NCBI GenBank assembly: GCA_030765235.1
Contig: JAVCCW010000029.1
Location: forward strand, 76,939-140,938
Direction: 5' to 3'
Source: Candidatus Gorgyraea atricola
GTDB lineage: Bacteria > Omnitrophota > Gorgyraeia > Gorgyraeales > Gorgyraeaceae
Length of the DNA stretch: 64,000 nucleotides
The translations under genes and the position numbers were made by a program. Shown here in pieces: positions 19,707-30,715 of this stretch. The notes beneath the pieces were generated by a model. It did no database searches, was not told where the DNA came from, and saw nothing but the letters and a program-made list of their open reading frames with translations. Each line of letters opens with the position of its first letter. Position 1 is the stretch's first letter.

Positions 19707-21149
19707 ATGCAGGATGTGAATGAGTTTGTAAAGCAGCGCATTGATAAGCTTAATGCCTTGAAAGAGATAGGTGTTGAAGTATATGGCAGGCATTTTAATA
19801 AGGCGCAGGGTATTGACGAGCTTGTTAAGGGGTTTAAAGAAGGGGATAAAGTCGAGACTGCTGGTCGCATTACTGCGCTTCGGGAGCACGGGAAGAGTGC
19901 TTTTATGGATTTAAGGGATGCCAGCGGAAGAGTGCAAATCTATGTAAAAGCGAACATAATCGGAGTCGAGACATTTAATAGTATATTTAAGAAATTAGAT
20001 ATAGGTGATATATTAGGGGTAAAAGGCGAGTTTTTTAAGACGCGCACTGAAGAGGTTACAATAAATGCCAGTGAGATAACTGTTCTTGCTAAGGGGCTGA
20101 GGCCGCTTCCTGAGAAATGGCATGGTCTAAAGGATGTTGAGATCAGGTATCGCCAGAGATATGTAGATCTGATAGTCAATGAAGATGTGCGCAAGGTCTT
20201 TCAGCTTCGCAGTAAGATCATATCAAAGATCAGGGAGCTTCTGGATAAAAAAGGATTCTTAGAAGTAGAGACTCCTATGATGCATTCGCTCGCAGGCGGC
20301 GCAGCAGGTGAGCCATTTAAGACGCACCATAAGGCTTTGGATACTGATTTATATTTGAGACTGGCGCCGGAATTACATTTAAAGAGATTGCTGGTGGGCG
20401 GTTTTGATAAGGTCTATGAACTCAATAGAAACTTCAGGAACGAGGGCATCTCTATCAGGCACAATCCTGAGTTTACAATGGTTGAGATCTACCAGGCTTA
20501 TTCTGACTGCGAAGGCATGATGCGGCTTACAGAAGAGATATTGAGCTTTGCCGCAAAAGAGGCTTTGGGGAGTCTAAAGATTAAATTTAAAGATCAGGAG
20601 ATCGATCTATCGACGCCATGGCCCAGGTGGTCTTTTGCCAGCGAGATCAAAAAGAAGTTTGATATAAATCCTGATGATCCTGCTGAAGAATGGATCAAGA
20701 AGCTCAAGAAAAAAGGCATGAATTTCAAGGGAAAGGATGTTACTCGCTCGCAGATCGTAAATATAATTTCAGAGATGCTCGAGCCCGAGACAAAGGATAA
20801 GCCGATGTTTGTCGTGGATCTATTTGCTGAGCTGTGCCCATTGGCAAAGAAGCAAAAGGATAATCCGTTACTGACTGACAGGTTTGAGCTTTTTATGGGC
20901 GGCATGGAAATAGCGAATGCATATTCAGAGCTGAATGACCCGATCGAACAGGAAAAGAGATTCAAGGAACAGCTTGTGGGACAGGAAGGCACTAAGAAGA
21001 TCGACGAGGACTTTGTCAGGGCCTTGGAATACGGCATGCCGCCAGCAGGCGGCCTGGGCATAGGCATAGACAGGCTCGTGATGTTACTCGCGAACCAGCC
21101 GTCGATCAGGGATGTCATATTGTTTCCGCAACTTAAGCCGGAGAAATAA
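19707..21149 (+). CDS. lysS: Lysyl-tRNA synthetase (class II)
   Basis: Class II motifs plus an OB anticodon-binding domain. ATG at 19707 with RBS GGAAGGGG. Consensus promoter at 19652..19680. The TTG at 19680 given in the ORF track is unlikely to be the start. Confidence 0.9.
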   Translation: MQDVNEFVKQRIDKLNALKEIGVEVYGRHFNKAQGIDELVKGFKEGDKVETAGRITALREHGKSAFMDLRDASGRVQIYVKANIIGVETFNSIFKKLDIGDILGVKGEFFKTRTEEVTINASEITVLAKGLRPLPEKWHGLKDVEIRYRQRYVDLIVNEDVRKVFQLRSKIISKIRELLDKKGFLEVETPMMHSLAGGAAGEPFKTHHKALDTDLYLRLAPELHLKRLLVGGFDKVYELNRNFRNEGISIRHNPEFTMVEIYQAYSDCEGMMRLTEEILSFAAKEALGSLKIKFKDQEIDLSTPWPRWSFASEIKKKFDINPDDPAEEWIKKLKKKGMNFKGKDVTRSQIVNIISEMLEPETKDKPMFVVDLFAELCPLAKKQKDNPLLTDRFELFMGGMEIANAYSELNDPIEQEKRFKEQLVGQEGTKKIDEDFVRALEYGMPPAGGLGIGIDRLVMLLANQPSIRDVILFPQLKPEK

Positions 21150-21150
21150 C

Positions 21151-22329
21151 TTGGTAGAAGCGTGGATCAGTTTTAGATATTTGGTTTCAAAGCGCAGGGA
21201 GAAGTTTATCTCCATTATTAGTCTTATCTCGATAATGGGTGTGGCTGTTGGTGTGATGGCGCTTATTGTGGTGCTGGCTGTTATGAGCGGGTTTGACAAT
21301 GATCTGCGCGAGAAGATCGTGGGCACGAATTCGCATATTGTAATAGAGAAAGACGGCGGGATCGCGAATTATAACCAACTTGTAGATGAAATAAACAAGA
21401 TGCCGCATGTAGTAGCTAGCGCGCCTTTTGTAAATGGCCAGGCGCTTATCAGGCAAAAAGATAAAGTCACTGGTGTGATCTTTAGAGGCATAGACCCTGA
21501 GAGAGAAAAACATGTAACTAATATAGGAAAGTATTTAGTCGTAGGTACGCTTGAGTTAGATAAAGACAGTGTAGTAATTGGCAGGGAGCTTGCGTGGAGA
21601 TTAAACTTAAGTATAGGCGATGAGATTTCTCTTGTTTCAGCTGCTACGCCAAAGCCGACACCTTTTAAAATAGCAGGCATATTTAACTCAGGCATGTTTG
21701 ACTATGACATGAATCTGGTTTTTACAAGCATTGAAGGCGCTCAGGAGTTTTACGCAGTTGAAGGATTGGCAGGCGGCATAGGCGTAAAGGTTGATGATCT
21801 ACACAAGGCTGATGCGATACGAGACCAGATCCAGGAAGCGATCGGGTTTGGCTATTGGGCAAGGAGCTGGTCAGATCTAAACAAGAATCTTTTCAGCGCA
21901 TTGAAGCTAGAAAAGATAACCATGTTTATAATACTTGCATTAATCGTGCTTGTCGCGTGTTTTAATATAATAAGCACTCTCATCATGATGGTAATGGAGA
22001 AGACAAAAGACATTGGCATATTAAAATCCATAGGCGCAACAAATGCCAAGATAAGAAACATCTTTATGCTGAATGGATTTTTCATAGGATTTACAGGCAC
22101 AGCACTTGGCGCAGCAGGTGGATTTATCCTGTGTTATTTGCTTAAGACGTACGAGTTTGTAAAATTACCAAGAGACATTTACTATATAGATAAGCTTCCT
22201 GTGAATTTAAATTTAGCGGACGCAGGGACTGTGATCATAGCAGCAATTGCAATAAGCCTGATCTCCACCTTGTACCCTGCATGGCAGGCAGCGAGGATGG
22301 AACCAGTAGAGGCGCTTAGGTACGAGTAA
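21151..22329 (+). CDS. Lipoprotein-releasing ABC transporter permease (LolC/LolE family, FtsX-like)
   Basis: N-terminal LVEAWISFRYLVSKRREKF matches the LolC/E start. Four TMs with a large periplasmic loop. Followed by lolD. Likely TTG start at 21151 after RBS gccggag. Confidence 0.8.
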   Translation: MVEAWISFRYLVSKRREKFISIISLISIMGVAVGVMALIVVLAVMSGFDNDLREKIVGTNSHIVIEKDGGIANYNQLVDEINKMPHVVASAPFVNGQALIRQKDKVTGVIFRGIDPEREKHVTNIGKYLVVGTLELDKDSVVIGRELAWRLNLSIGDEISLVSAATPKPTPFKIAGIFNSGMFDYDMNLVFTSIEGAQEFYAVEGLAGGIGVKVDDLHKADAIRDQIQEAIGFGYWARSWSDLNKNLFSALKLEKITMFIILALIVLVACFNIISTLIMMVMEKTKDIGILKSIGATNAKIRNIFMLNGFFIGFTGTALGAAGGFILCYLLKTYEFVKLPRDIYYIDKLPVNLNLADAGTVIIAAIAISLISTLYPAWQAARMEPVEALRYE

Positions 22330-22333
22330 TCCG

Positions 22334-22365
22334 AAAAAAAGCCGAGGCTGGACCTCGGCTTTTTC
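22334..22365. terminator. Short hairpin GCCGAGG-CTGGA-CCTCGGC flanked by A- and T-tracts after lolE. Related to the core of the 29-bp-stem family.
   Basis: AAAAAAAGCCGAGGCTGGACCTCGGCTTTTTCTG. Confidence 0.6.
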
Positions 22366-22369
22366 TGAT

Positions 22370-23038
22370 ATGTTGCGAGCTGAAAAGATTCAAAAAATAT
22401 ATAGAAACGGGAAGAAGGGCCTGCGGGTTTTGCAGGATGTTGATCTGGAGATCAAGAAGGGCGAGGCCTTGGCAATAGTAGGGCCGTCAGGCGCTGGCAA
22501 GTCAACGCTCTTGCATATATTAGGAGGCATAGACAGGCCCAGCTCAGGCAAGGTGGTTTTTGAAAATCAGGATTTATATGCATTGCCAGACAATAAGAGA
22601 GCTGAGATCAGAAATAAGAAAATAGGATTCGTATTTCAGTTTTATCACTTGTTGCCGGAATTTACGGCGCTTGAGAATGTGTTGATGCCGACCTTGCTGA
22701 CGGGCCAACGGGCCAACGGGCCAACGGGCAACGATAAGACAAAGAAGTTATTGCAAGAGTTGGGGCTTGGTGAGAGAATGCGTCACAGGCCGAGTGAGCT
22801 TTCTGGGGGCGAACAGCAGCGCGTAGCAATTGGCCGGGCGCTCATAAATGATCCAGATATACTTCTCTGTGACGAGCCCACAGGAAACCTGGATTCAAAG
22901 ATGGGCGAAGAGATACTTGATATTTTACTTGGACTTAATAAAAAGAATCGCACGACAATTGTCATTGTCACACATGATAAAGAAATCGCAAAAAGGGCAG
23001 ATAGAATAATTAAAATTCAAGACGGGAGGATATTATGA
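22370..23038 (+). CDS. lolD: Lipoprotein-releasing system ATP-binding protein LolD. Carries a (CGGGCCAA)x4 insertion in frame.
   Basis: Walker A GPSGAGKST, LSGGEQQRVAIGRAL and Walker B ILLCDEPTGNLD. The 32-bp 8-mer array at 22701..22732 encodes GQRANGPTGN. Confidence 0.85.
   Translation: MLRAEKIQKIYRNGKKGLRVLQDVDLEIKKGEALAIVGPSGAGKSTLLHILGGIDRPSSGKVVFENQDLYALPDNKRAEIRNKKIGFVFQFYHLLPEFTALENVLMPTLLTGQRANGPTGNDKTKKLLQELGLGERMRHRPSELSGGEQQRVAIGRALINDPDILLCDEPTGNLDSKMGEEILDILLGLNKKNRTTIVIVTHDKEIAKRADRIIKIQDGRIL
22701..22732. repeat. Tandem 8-mer array (CGGGCCAA)x3 plus a degenerate fourth unit, in-frame in lolD
   Basis: CGGGCCAACGGGCCAACGGGCCAACGGGCAAC. Confidence 0.85.
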
Positions 23039-23904
23039 CAAAGGTCTATATCAATGGCGAGTATTTTGACAAGAAGGATGCGAAGATCTCTGTTTTTGAC
23101 CATGGTCTCTTATACGGGGATGGTGTGTTTGAGGGTATTCGCTCCTATAACAGACTGGTTTTTAGATTAAACGAGCATATTGACAGACTCTACGAGTCTG
23201 CCCATGGGATCATGATGAAGATAAATCTTTCAAAGAAAGACATGACAAAGGCGGTCATTGATACATTGAAGCTTAACTCGCTTGATGACGCCTACATCAG
23301 ACTTATTGTCACAAGGGGCGTTGGCGACTTGGGTCTTGATCCAAGAAAGTGCAAAAATGCTTCGATCATTATTATCACAGACAAGATCCAGCTTTATCCA
23401 GAGAAGCTATATAAAGAGGGTTTGAAGATCATTACAGTGTCTACTCCCAGAAATATACCAGAGGCATTGAATCCGCAGATAAAATCATTAAACTATCTTA
23501 ATAACATCCTGGCTAAGATAGAGGCGGTGAATAACGGCTACGAAGAAGCGCTTATGTTTACTGCATCAGGCTATGTGGCAGAGTGTACAGGGGACAATAT
23601 TTTTATCGTAAAAGGCGATTCTCTTATTACGCCTCCTGCATATCTTGGGATCTTAAAAGGTATTACGCGGGACGCGGTAATGGGTATCGCAAAGAAACTC
23701 GGCTTTGACGCAAGAGAGGATGTGCTTACAAGGCACAATCTTTTTACCGCAGACGAGTGTTTCCTAACAGGCACAGCAGCTGAGATCATACCTGTTGTGA
23801 GTATTGAGAAGAGGACCATTGGCGCAGGAAAACCAGGGAAGATGACATTGAAGCTAATGAAAGAGTTTAGAGAGCTGACGAAGAAAGACGGAGTGAAATA
23901 TTAA
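23035..23904 (+). CDS. ilvE: Class IV aminotransferase (branched-chain amino-acid / D-amino-acid aminotransferase family)
   Basis: 289 aa with a fold-type IV PLP signature. The start overlaps the lolD stop (ATGA). Confidence 0.7.
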   Translation: MTKVYINGEYFDKKDAKISVFDHGLLYGDGVFEGIRSYNRLVFRLNEHIDRLYESAHGIMMKINLSKKDMTKAVIDTLKLNSLDDAYIRLIVTRGVGDLGLDPRKCKNASIIIITDKIQLYPEKLYKEGLKIITVSTPRNIPEALNPQIKSLNYLNNILAKIEAVNNGYEEALMFTASGYVAECTGDNIFIVKGDSLITPPAYLGILKGITRDAVMGIAKKLGFDAREDVLTRHNLFTADECFLTGTAAEIIPVVSIEKRTIGAGKPGKMTLKLMKEFRELTKKDGVKY

Positions 23905-23918
23905 TCGGAGGTTTACTC

Positions 23919-24431
23919 ATGTTATGTGATACATGCAAAAAGTCTCAGGCAACAGTGCATTTGACAGAGATCATAGACGATCAGATGACAGAGCTTCATC
24001 TGTGCGAGGAATGCGCGCAGAAAAAAGGCGCGCAGATGGAGAGTCACTTTGGCCTGGCAGATCTTTTAGCCGGCCTTGCAGACTTAGGTAGCGGCCAGTT
24101 TACCAAGGCAAAGAGTGAGACGCAGGTCAAGTGCCCGCGATGCGGCCTTACCTATGAGGATTTTAAAAAAGTAGGAAGATTAGGCTGCGGTGAATGTTAT
24201 TCCGCGTTCAAAGAGGCGCTTATGCCTCTTCTAAAAAGGATACACGGCTCTACGCAGCATTATGGCAAGTCTCCGAAAAAGATGACAAAGACAACAAAGT
24301 CAGTAAAGAGCAAAAATGAATTACAGGAACTAAAAGATAAGCTGCAAAAGGCAATACAGGTGGAGGAGTTTGAGGAAGCAGTTAAGGTGCGAGATAAAAT
24401 CCGTGATATAGAGAAACGCAGGAAGAAATGA
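23919..24431 (+). CDS. mcsA: Protein-arginine kinase activator McsA (zinc-finger plus UVR-domain protein)
   Basis: Two CxxC pairs at the N-terminus (CDTCKK...CEECAQ, CPRCG...CGECY). C-terminal UVR motif (EEFEEAVKVRDKI). Immediately upstream of mcsB-clpC. Confidence 0.75.
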   Translation: MLCDTCKKSQATVHLTEIIDDQMTELHLCEECAQKKGAQMESHFGLADLLAGLADLGSGQFTKAKSETQVKCPRCGLTYEDFKKVGRLGCGECYSAFKEALMPLLKRIHGSTQHYGKSPKKMTKTTKSVKSKNELQELKDKLQKAIQVEEFEEAVKVRDKIRDIEKRRKK

Positions 24432-24536
24432 CCAATGCCCAATTACCAATGACCAATAAATTCCCAATTACCCAATTTCCAATTGGTCATTGGACATTGG
24501 TCATTTATTGGTAATTGGGAATTGGTAATTGGAAAT
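24431..24536. repeat. About 106-bp imperfect palindrome built from CCAAT/ATTGG units (centre CCAATTGG), between mcsA and mcsB
   Basis: ACCAATGCCCAATTACCAATGACCAATAAATTCCCAATTACCCAATTTCCAATTGG... mirrored. Confidence 0.8.
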
Positions 24537-24554
24537 TTTAAGGGGGTTTTACAC

Positions 24555-25604
24555 ATGAAAATAGATGATTTAGTAGGTAACCAAGGCGAGTGGCTGAGGA
24601 GTACCGGGCCGAATTCTGACATCGTGATGTCTTCGCGCATACGGCTGGCAAGGAATCTGGCAAAATATCCTTTTGCGCACTGGGCGAGCAAAAAAGAACA
24701 GCAAGAAATATGGCAGACTGCAAGGGACACGATAAAAACTTCAAAGAAAGTCAAGGGGTCCCTGTGCCTGGATATAGGAAAGATAGATTCTACAGACAGA
24801 CAGTTTCTAGTGGAAAGACATCTGATGAGCAAGGAACATACTGTTGACGCAGAGAACAAGGGCCTTTGCGTGAGCGACAGGGAAATCGTAAGCATAATGG
24901 TGAATGAGGAAGATCATTTGCGCATCCAGGTCATGAAATCAGGTTTTGACCTTAGAGATGCCTGGCACATAATCAATGATATTGATAATGAACTCGGCAC
25001 TTCTTTAAATTACGCGTATTCTATGGATTTCGGATACTTGACAGCATGCCCGACAAATACCGGCACAGGCATGCGCGCGTCAGTGATGCTGCATCTTCCG
25101 TCGCTGGTGATGACAAAGCAGATCGCCAAGGTCTTACAGGCGATCACTAAACTCAGTCTTACCGCGAGAGGCCTGTACGGAGAAGGCACAGAGGCAAGTG
25201 GAAATTTTTTCCAGATATCGAATCAGGTCTCGCTGGGCCACGCGGAAGAGGATATCATTGATAATATAGAAAGAATCATCAAGCAGATCATAGGCCATGA
25301 GCAGAGCGCAAGGGAATCGCTTGTTTCACAAAATAAAAATGCCCTTGCAGACAGGGTCTGGCGGGCGTATGGGACATTGAAAAACGCGTATATCATATCG
25401 AGCAACGAGACTATCGATCTTCTCTCGCTTGTGAGGTTAGGCGTTGACCTTGATTTAATAAAGGAAGTGGATCGCGCGCTTATAAATGAATTATTTATAA
25501 TAATACAACCCGCGCATCTTCAAAAGTTAGAGAAGAAAAAACTAAATCCAAATGAGAGGGATGTCAGGCGAGCGCAGTTGATCAGGGAGAAACTGGGAAA
25601 ATAA
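24555..25604 (+). CDS. mcsB: Protein-arginine kinase McsB (ATP:guanido phosphotransferase)
   Basis: [18 protein letters not shown] is the phosphagen-kinase active-site motif. ATG at 24555 follows RBS AAGGGGG. The upstream part of the track ORF lies inside a large palindrome. Confidence 0.85.
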   Translation: MKIDDLVGNQGEWLRSTGPNSDIVMSSRIRLARNLAKYPFAHWASKKEQQEIWQTARDTIKTSKKVKGSLCLDIGKIDSTDRQFLVERHLMSKEHTVDAENKGLCVSDREIVSIMVNEEDHLRIQVMKSGFDLRDAWHIINDIDNELGTSLNYAYSMDFGYLTACPTNTGTGMRASVMLHLPSLVMTKQIAKVLQAITKLSLTARGLYGEGTEASGNFFQISNQVSLGHAEEDIIDNIERIIKQIIGHEQSARESLVSQNKNALADRVWRAYGTLKNAYIISSNETIDLLSLVRLGVDLDLIKEVDRALINELFIIIQPAHLQKLEKKKLNPNERDVRRAQLIREKLGK

Positions 25605-25618
25605 GGAGGGTACGCAAG

Positions 25619-28072
25619 ATGTTTAACAGATTCACGGAACGGGCACGCAAGGTGATCTTACTTGCAAAGGAAGAAGCAAAGAGATTCAATCATGATTACA
25701 TTGGCACTGAACATATTCTGCTTGGGCTTGTCAGAGAAGGCGAGGGTGTGGCCGCGGTGGTGCTCCAGAAGATGGGGCTCAGCCTTCAGCAGATACGCCT
25801 TGAGATAGAAAAGCTTGTAAAGCCAGGACCGAGCACAGTTATATCAGGCGATATACCTTTTACGCCAAAGGCAAAAAAGGCAGTAGAGTTTTCCGGCGAA
25901 GAGGCGCGCGCGCTTGGCCATAATTACATTGGCACAGAGCATCTTTTGTTAGGGCTTATACGAGAAGGAGAGGGTGTTGCTTCTCAGGTGCTTTTAAATA
26001 TGGGAGTGGATCTTGATAAAGTAAGAGGCGAGGTGGTCGAGCTTTTAGGCTCTGCAACGCCAGGTTTTAGCGCTGGACCGCAGCAGCAGAAGGGTCCTGG
26101 AGGCCGCGCACCAGGCGCAAAATCAAGTTCAAAGACGCCTGCGCTTGACGCATTTGGCAGAAACCTTTCGCAGCTCGCGCGTGATGATAAATTAGATCCT
26201 GTAATCGGAAGACAGAATGAGATCGAAAGGGTGATCCAGATACTTTCAAGGCGCACAAAGAATAATCCAGTACTGCTCGGCGAGGCAGGCGTGGGCAAGA
26301 CTGCTATTGTGGAGGGCCTTGCGCAGAAGATAATAAAAGGAGATATCCCGGAGCTATTGAAGAATAAAAAGGTTATTATCCTGGATCTTGCGCTCATGGT
26401 CGCTGGTACTAAATACAGAGGCCAGTTTGAAGAAAGAATAAAGGCGATCATGGATGAGATAAAGCGCTCGAACGATATAATCATCTTTATAGATGAGCTT
26501 CATACATTGGTAGGAGCAGGCGGCGCGGAAGGCGCTATAGACGCGTCAAATATCTTGAAGCCAGCGCTTTCACGAGGTGAGATTCAATGCATTGGAGCTA
26601 CCACCCTGGATGAATACCGTAAGCACATAGAAAAGGACGCGGCGCTTGAACGTAGATTCCAGACAATAATGGTGGATCCGCCAACAGTGGCTGAGACCAT
26701 AGAAATACTCAAGGGCTTAAGGGATAGATACGAGGCGCATCATAAAGTGGAGATCACAGATGATGCAGTCGAGGCAGCAAGTAAGTTTTCAGACAGATAT
26801 ATTGCTGGCAGGTTCCTGCCAGATAAGGCAATCGACCTTATAGATGAGGCTGGCGCAAAGGCAAGGCTCTCTATCATGACTGCTACTCCTGAGATAAAGG
26901 AGTTAGAGGAAAAGGCAGAGGAGATAAAAAAAGAAAAAGACGCCGCTATAAAGGACCAGGATTTTGAAAAGGCAGCGGGTCTAAGGGATAAAGAAAAAGA
27001 GAGCCGTAAAAAACTCGATAAGACCAAACAACAATGGAAAAAGGCCAGGATGGAGGCAAGACCAAAGGTCGACGAGGAACTAATAGCGGATATTGTTTCG
27101 AAATGGACAGGCATTCCTGTAGCGAGGATGGAGCAAAAAGAGGGTGAGAGGCTCTTGAGGATGGAAGACGAGCTTCACAAGAATATCATCGGACAGGATG
27201 AGGCAATAATTGCTATTGCCCGCGCAGTGAGGCGTTCACGCGCAGGCATAAAAAATCCCAAAAGGCCCATAGGCTCTTTTGTATTTCTCGGGCCGACTGG
27301 AGTGGGAAAGACGCATCTTGGAAGGGTCCTGGCAGAATTTATGTTCGGGGACGAGAACGCGCTTATACAGATTGACATGTCAGAGTACATGGAGAAGTTC
27401 AATGTCTCGCGTCTTATAGGCGCGCCTCCTGGATACGTTGGATACGAGGAGGGCGGGCAGCTTACTGAGAAGGTAAGGCGCAGGCCTTATTCTGTGGTGC
27501 TCCTGGATGAGATAGAAAAGGCGCATCCTGATGTATTTAATCTCCTTCTTCAGGTGCTGGAAGACGGGAGACTCACAGACAGCTTTGGAAGAAAAGTAGA
27601 TTTTAGGAATACGATACTCATCATGACTTCGAACGTGGGCGCTGAGATCTTCAGACGACAGGGCTCCATTGGTTTTAAGTCAGAGAAAAAGGAAATGACC
27701 TATAATGATACAAAGGAAAAGCTGCTTGAAGAAGTAAAAAAGACCTTCAAGCCTGAGTTTTTAAACAGGATCGACGATATTATCGTGTTCCATGGCCTTA
27801 CCAAACAGGATCTCTATAAGATCGTAGAGATAGAATTAAAGGAAGTCAAGGACAGGCTGAAGGAACAGGATATTGAGGTAGAATTAGATAAGTCTGCAAA
27901 GGAAATATTAGTGGAAAAGGGATTTGATCCGATCTTTGGCGCGCGGCCTCTTAAACGCACGATACAGAGACTGCTGGAAGATCCTCTGGCAGAGGAGATC
28001 ATTGCCAAAAACTTTGACAGGTCTAAACCTATCAAGATCAGCGCTAAGAACGGGAAATTAGTATTCAAATAA
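25619..28072 (+). CDS. clpC: ATP-dependent Clp protease ATP-binding subunit ClpC
   Basis: Double N-terminal Clp repeat, two AAA+ modules ([30 protein letters not shown]), a UVR-like middle domain. 817 aa. Confidence 0.9.
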   Translation: MFNRFTERARKVILLAKEEAKRFNHDYIGTEHILLGLVREGEGVAAVVLQKMGLSLQQIRLEIEKLVKPGPSTVISGDIPFTPKAKKAVEFSGEEARALGHNYIGTEHLLLGLIREGEGVASQVLLNMGVDLDKVRGEVVELLGSATPGFSAGPQQQKGPGGRAPGAKSSSKTPALDAFGRNLSQLARDDKLDPVIGRQNEIERVIQILSRRTKNNPVLLGEAGVGKTAIVEGLAQKIIKGDIPELLKNKKVIILDLALMVAGTKYRGQFEERIKAIMDEIKRSNDIIIFIDELHTLVGAGGAEGAIDASNILKPALSRGEIQCIGATTLDEYRKHIEKDAALERRFQTIMVDPPTVAETIEILKGLRDRYEAHHKVEITDDAVEAASKFSDRYIAGRFLPDKAIDLIDEAGAKARLSIMTATPEIKELEEKAEEIKKEKDAAIKDQDFEKAAGLRDKEKESRKKLDKTKQQWKKARMEARPKVDEELIADIVSKWTGIPVARMEQKEGERLLRMEDELHKNIIGQDEAIIAIARAVRRSRAGIKNPKRPIGSFVFLGPTGVGKTHLGRVLAEFMFGDENALIQIDMSEYMEKFNVSRLIGAPPGYVGYEEGGQLTEKVRRRPYSVVLLDEIEKAHPDVFNLLLQVLEDGRLTDSFGRKVDFRNTILIMTSNVGAEIFRRQGSIGFKSEKKEMTYNDTKEKLLEEVKKTFKPEFLNRIDDIIVFHGLTKQDLYKIVEIELKEVKDRLKEQDIEVELDKSAKEILVEKGFDPIFGARPLKRTIQRLLEDPLAEEIIAKNFDRSKPIKISAKNGKLVFK

Positions 28073-29163
28073 TGCGCTATGTTATTGCAAGGCATAAATT
28101 CAGGGCGGTCCTGTTATTAATTTTATTAGGCCTGTCCATCGTCTCTATCGCACCTTGGGTTTATGAAAAGATATTCATACAGGAGGAGCCGTTCGGTAAC
28201 ATCGCGCATTATTTGCCGTTGGTGCCTGAGGATATAGAAACAAATAGCGGCACTTTTCTTGATGTAGATTTTTTGAACGATGGTTATGTATTTTCTAGAT
28301 TTAGATTAGAGGATCTTAAGATAAAGGATTTAGTAGTTTCAGCTACTGTTGTTACAAAGGGACAGATCATTAAGGATGAAAACGGAGAGGATGCTGGTTT
28401 TTCAGGAAAGCTTTCTTCCCGAGATATAACATTGGATTCAAATGAATTGCTGCCGCTTGATGTGTTTTATGAGATCAAGGGAGATGTATTAGAGATCAAA
28501 GAGCTGCGCCTGGGTAATTCATGTCGATTAAAAGGCACGATAGGCCTGGCAGAACCTTTTAAGACAGATCTACACCTTGACGTAATCAGGGCAGACATGA
28601 GAAGGATCTCTAAGTTCACGAAGATAAAAGGACATGGTCTTTCGCTTGGTATTGTGAGCGCCAGCTTTGATATTAAAGGAGATATGGCTGGTAATATCTT
28701 TTCAGAAGGGATAATTGAGAGCAGAAATGGAAAGATAGGGTCTATAGGATATAACTTTGTGACGCTTAAATTAGAGGGCTTTGGACCTGTGATAAATATA
28801 GTTGATTCCAGCCTGCATCAGGATAGCAGCAGCCTGACCATGGAAGGTTATATAGATCTGAGAAATATTGCGAAAGGCGGACTGCTTGACGGACTCAGAA
28901 TCAAGTCAGACATGAAGACGATAGCCTGGGATGGCTGGGATATAAGCAAGGATGGCACAGATGAGCTTACCATGTCAAAGGATGTTGGCGAAAATGTCCG
29001 CGTGGGGTTTAAGACAATGCGCAGGGAACCGATCACCACATATCAGGATAGAGAAAATCCAGAAGAGATGAGTCTGGAATATAAGATGGGACTGCAGAAT
29101 CTAAAGATGAAACTCAAGGAAGACGAGGAATTTCTTGGAGTAGAGCATAGCGTGAAGTTTTGA
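28072..29163 (+). CDS. Hypothetical membrane-anchored protein, translationally coupled to clpC (TAATG overlap)
   Basis: N-terminal TM helix. No recognisable motifs. Lies between clpC and mlaE. Confidence 0.5.
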   Translation: MRYVIARHKFRAVLLLILLGLSIVSIAPWVYEKIFIQEEPFGNIAHYLPLVPEDIETNSGTFLDVDFLNDGYVFSRFRLEDLKIKDLVVSATVVTKGQIIKDENGEDAGFSGKLSSRDITLDSNELLPLDVFYEIKGDVLEIKELRLGNSCRLKGTIGLAEPFKTDLHLDVIRADMRRISKFTKIKGHGLSLGIVSASFDIKGDMAGNIFSEGIIESRNGKIGSIGYNFVTLKLEGFGPVINIVDSSLHQDSSSLTMEGYIDLRNIAKGGLLDGLRIKSDMKTIAWDGWDISKDGTDELTMSKDVGENVRVGFKTMRREPITTYQDRENPEEMSLEYKMGLQNLKMKLKEDEEFLGVEHSVKF

Positions 29164-29173
29164 TGGAGACGAT

Positions 29174-29956
29174 ATGAAGAAAATGATAAAACGGCTCGGT
29201 CACAATACAGTGAACTTTTTCATATACATAGGCGGGGTGTTTCATCTTTTGGTCTCTACGCTCTTTCATTTATTCAGGCCGCCTTTTAGGAGGAAAGAGA
29301 TATTCGAACACATGTACAATATAGGTGTGCTGAGTTTTCCGATCGTGTTTCTAGTCTCTCTTTTTACTGGTATGGTGCTGGCGCTTCAAAGCGCGTACCA
29401 GCTTACCAAGATGGACGCGCAGATGTATATATCGAGCCTTGTGGCGCTTTCAGTAGTGAGGGAGCTGGGTCCGGTTTTGACAGCACTTGTGATCGCGGGC
29501 AGGGTCGGCGCGAGCATTACAGCTGAGCTTGGCACAATGAAGGTGACCGAGCAGATCGATGCGCTCGAGACACTTGCGGCAAATCCTGTGAAATATCTTG
29601 TTGTGCCGCGATTTCTGGCGCTCTGTATTATGCTGCCTATATTGACGATATATTCAGATTTTATAGGTATAGCGGGCGGATATCTTATAGGTGTGTATAA
29701 GCTGCTGATAGGCCCTACTATTTATGTAAAAATGACATTTGATCCGCTTATGTTTAAGGATGTGTTTTCAGGCCTTTTTAAGTCGCTGGTATTTGCGGTT
29801 ATTATATGCATAATTTCGTGTTACGAGGGTTTTAGGACAGAGGGTGGCGCTGAAGGCGTGGGTAAATCCACGACGCTTTCTGTTGTCACGTCATTCATTT
29901 TAATAATAGCAGCGGATTGCTTGTTTACAGCGCTGTTTTATTTCATGTTCCCATGA
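29174..29956 (+). CDS. mlaE: Phospholipid ABC transporter permease MlaE
   Basis: 260-aa multi-TM permease. Followed by the MlaF ATPase and MlaD (MCE). Confidence 0.8.
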   Translation: MKKMIKRLGHNTVNFFIYIGGVFHLLVSTLFHLFRPPFRRKEIFEHMYNIGVLSFPIVFLVSLFTGMVLALQSAYQLTKMDAQMYISSLVALSVVRELGPVLTALVIAGRVGASITAELGTMKVTEQIDALETLAANPVKYLVVPRFLALCIMLPILTIYSDFIGIAGGYLIGVYKLLIGPTIYVKMTFDPLMFKDVFSGLFKSLVFAVIICIISCYEGFRTEGGAEGVGKSTTLSVVTSFILIIAADCLFTALFYFMFP

Positions 29957-30702
29957 TAGAGATAATTAATTTAACAAAATCATTCGGCGGAAATAGAGTC
30001 CTTGATAATCTGAATCTTATTATCAAGTCTGGCGAGACCATGGTTATTATAGGCCGTTCTGGCTGCGGTAAGAGTGTTCTCTTAAAGCACATGATAGGGA
30101 TCCTTAAGCCCGAGTTTGGGCAGGTTATTATAGACGATAGTGATGTTTGCAAGATGGAAGCAAAGGAACTGGACAAGTTAAGGATGGATTTCGGTATGCT
30201 CTTTCAGGGCGCAGCGCTTTTTGATTCAATGACTGTGGGCGGGAATGTGGGCTTTGCCCTCAGGGAACACACTGACATGCCTGAGTATCAGGTGCGCGAA
30301 AAGGTTGCAAAGGCATTGCATTTAGTGGGCCTTTCCGGCATAGAGAATCTCATGCCTGCTGAGCTGAGCGGCGGCATGAAAAAACGTGTGGGCCTTGCAA
30401 GGGCTATATGCAATGAGCCTAAGATTATTCTATATGACGAACCTACAACGGGTCTGGATCCAGTAATGGCCGATGCCATAAATAATCTTATTATAGATCT
30501 GACCAATAAATTAAAGGTGACCTCTATCGTGGTCACTCATGACATGGTTAGCGCTTATAAGGTAGGGACCAGGGTCGCTATGTTATATCACGGAAAGATC
30601 GTTGAGGTAGGAACGCCTAAGGAGATTAAAAATACAAAAGATCCATTGGTAAAACAATTTATAACAGGCGCTTCAAAAGGGCCAATTACAGACGGAAGAT
30701 AA
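29953..30702 (+). CDS. mlaF: Phospholipid ABC transporter ATP-binding protein MlaF
   Basis: MIEIINLTKSFGG..., Walker A GRSGCGKS, LSGGMKKRVGLARA, ILYDEPTTGLD. The ATGA start overlaps the mlaE stop. Confidence 0.85.
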   Translation: MIEIINLTKSFGGNRVLDNLNLIIKSGETMVIIGRSGCGKSVLLKHMIGILKPEFGQVIIDDSDVCKMEAKELDKLRMDFGMLFQGAALFDSMTVGGNVGFALREHTDMPEYQVREKVAKALHLVGLSGIENLMPAELSGGMKKRVGLARAICNEPKIILYDEPTTGLDPVMADAINNLIIDLTNKLKVTSIVVTHDMVSAYKVGTRVAMLYHGKIVEVGTPKEIKNTKDPLVKQFITGASKGPITDGR

Positions 30703-30715
30703 TAAGGAGGTGGCG

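Noticed and set aside
23880-23925. CtsR operator (GGTCAAA heptad direct repeat) upstream of mcsA
   Set aside because: Not found. The ilvE stop and mcsA start are about 14 nt apart, and no GGTCAAA repeat exists in the preceding 300 nt.
24443-24895. Minus-strand 150-aa ORF and the plus-strand extension 24483..24554 of mcsB
   Set aside because: Both begin inside the CCAAT palindrome. The real mcsB start is the RBS-preceded ATG at 24555, and the minus ORF is antisense to mcsB.
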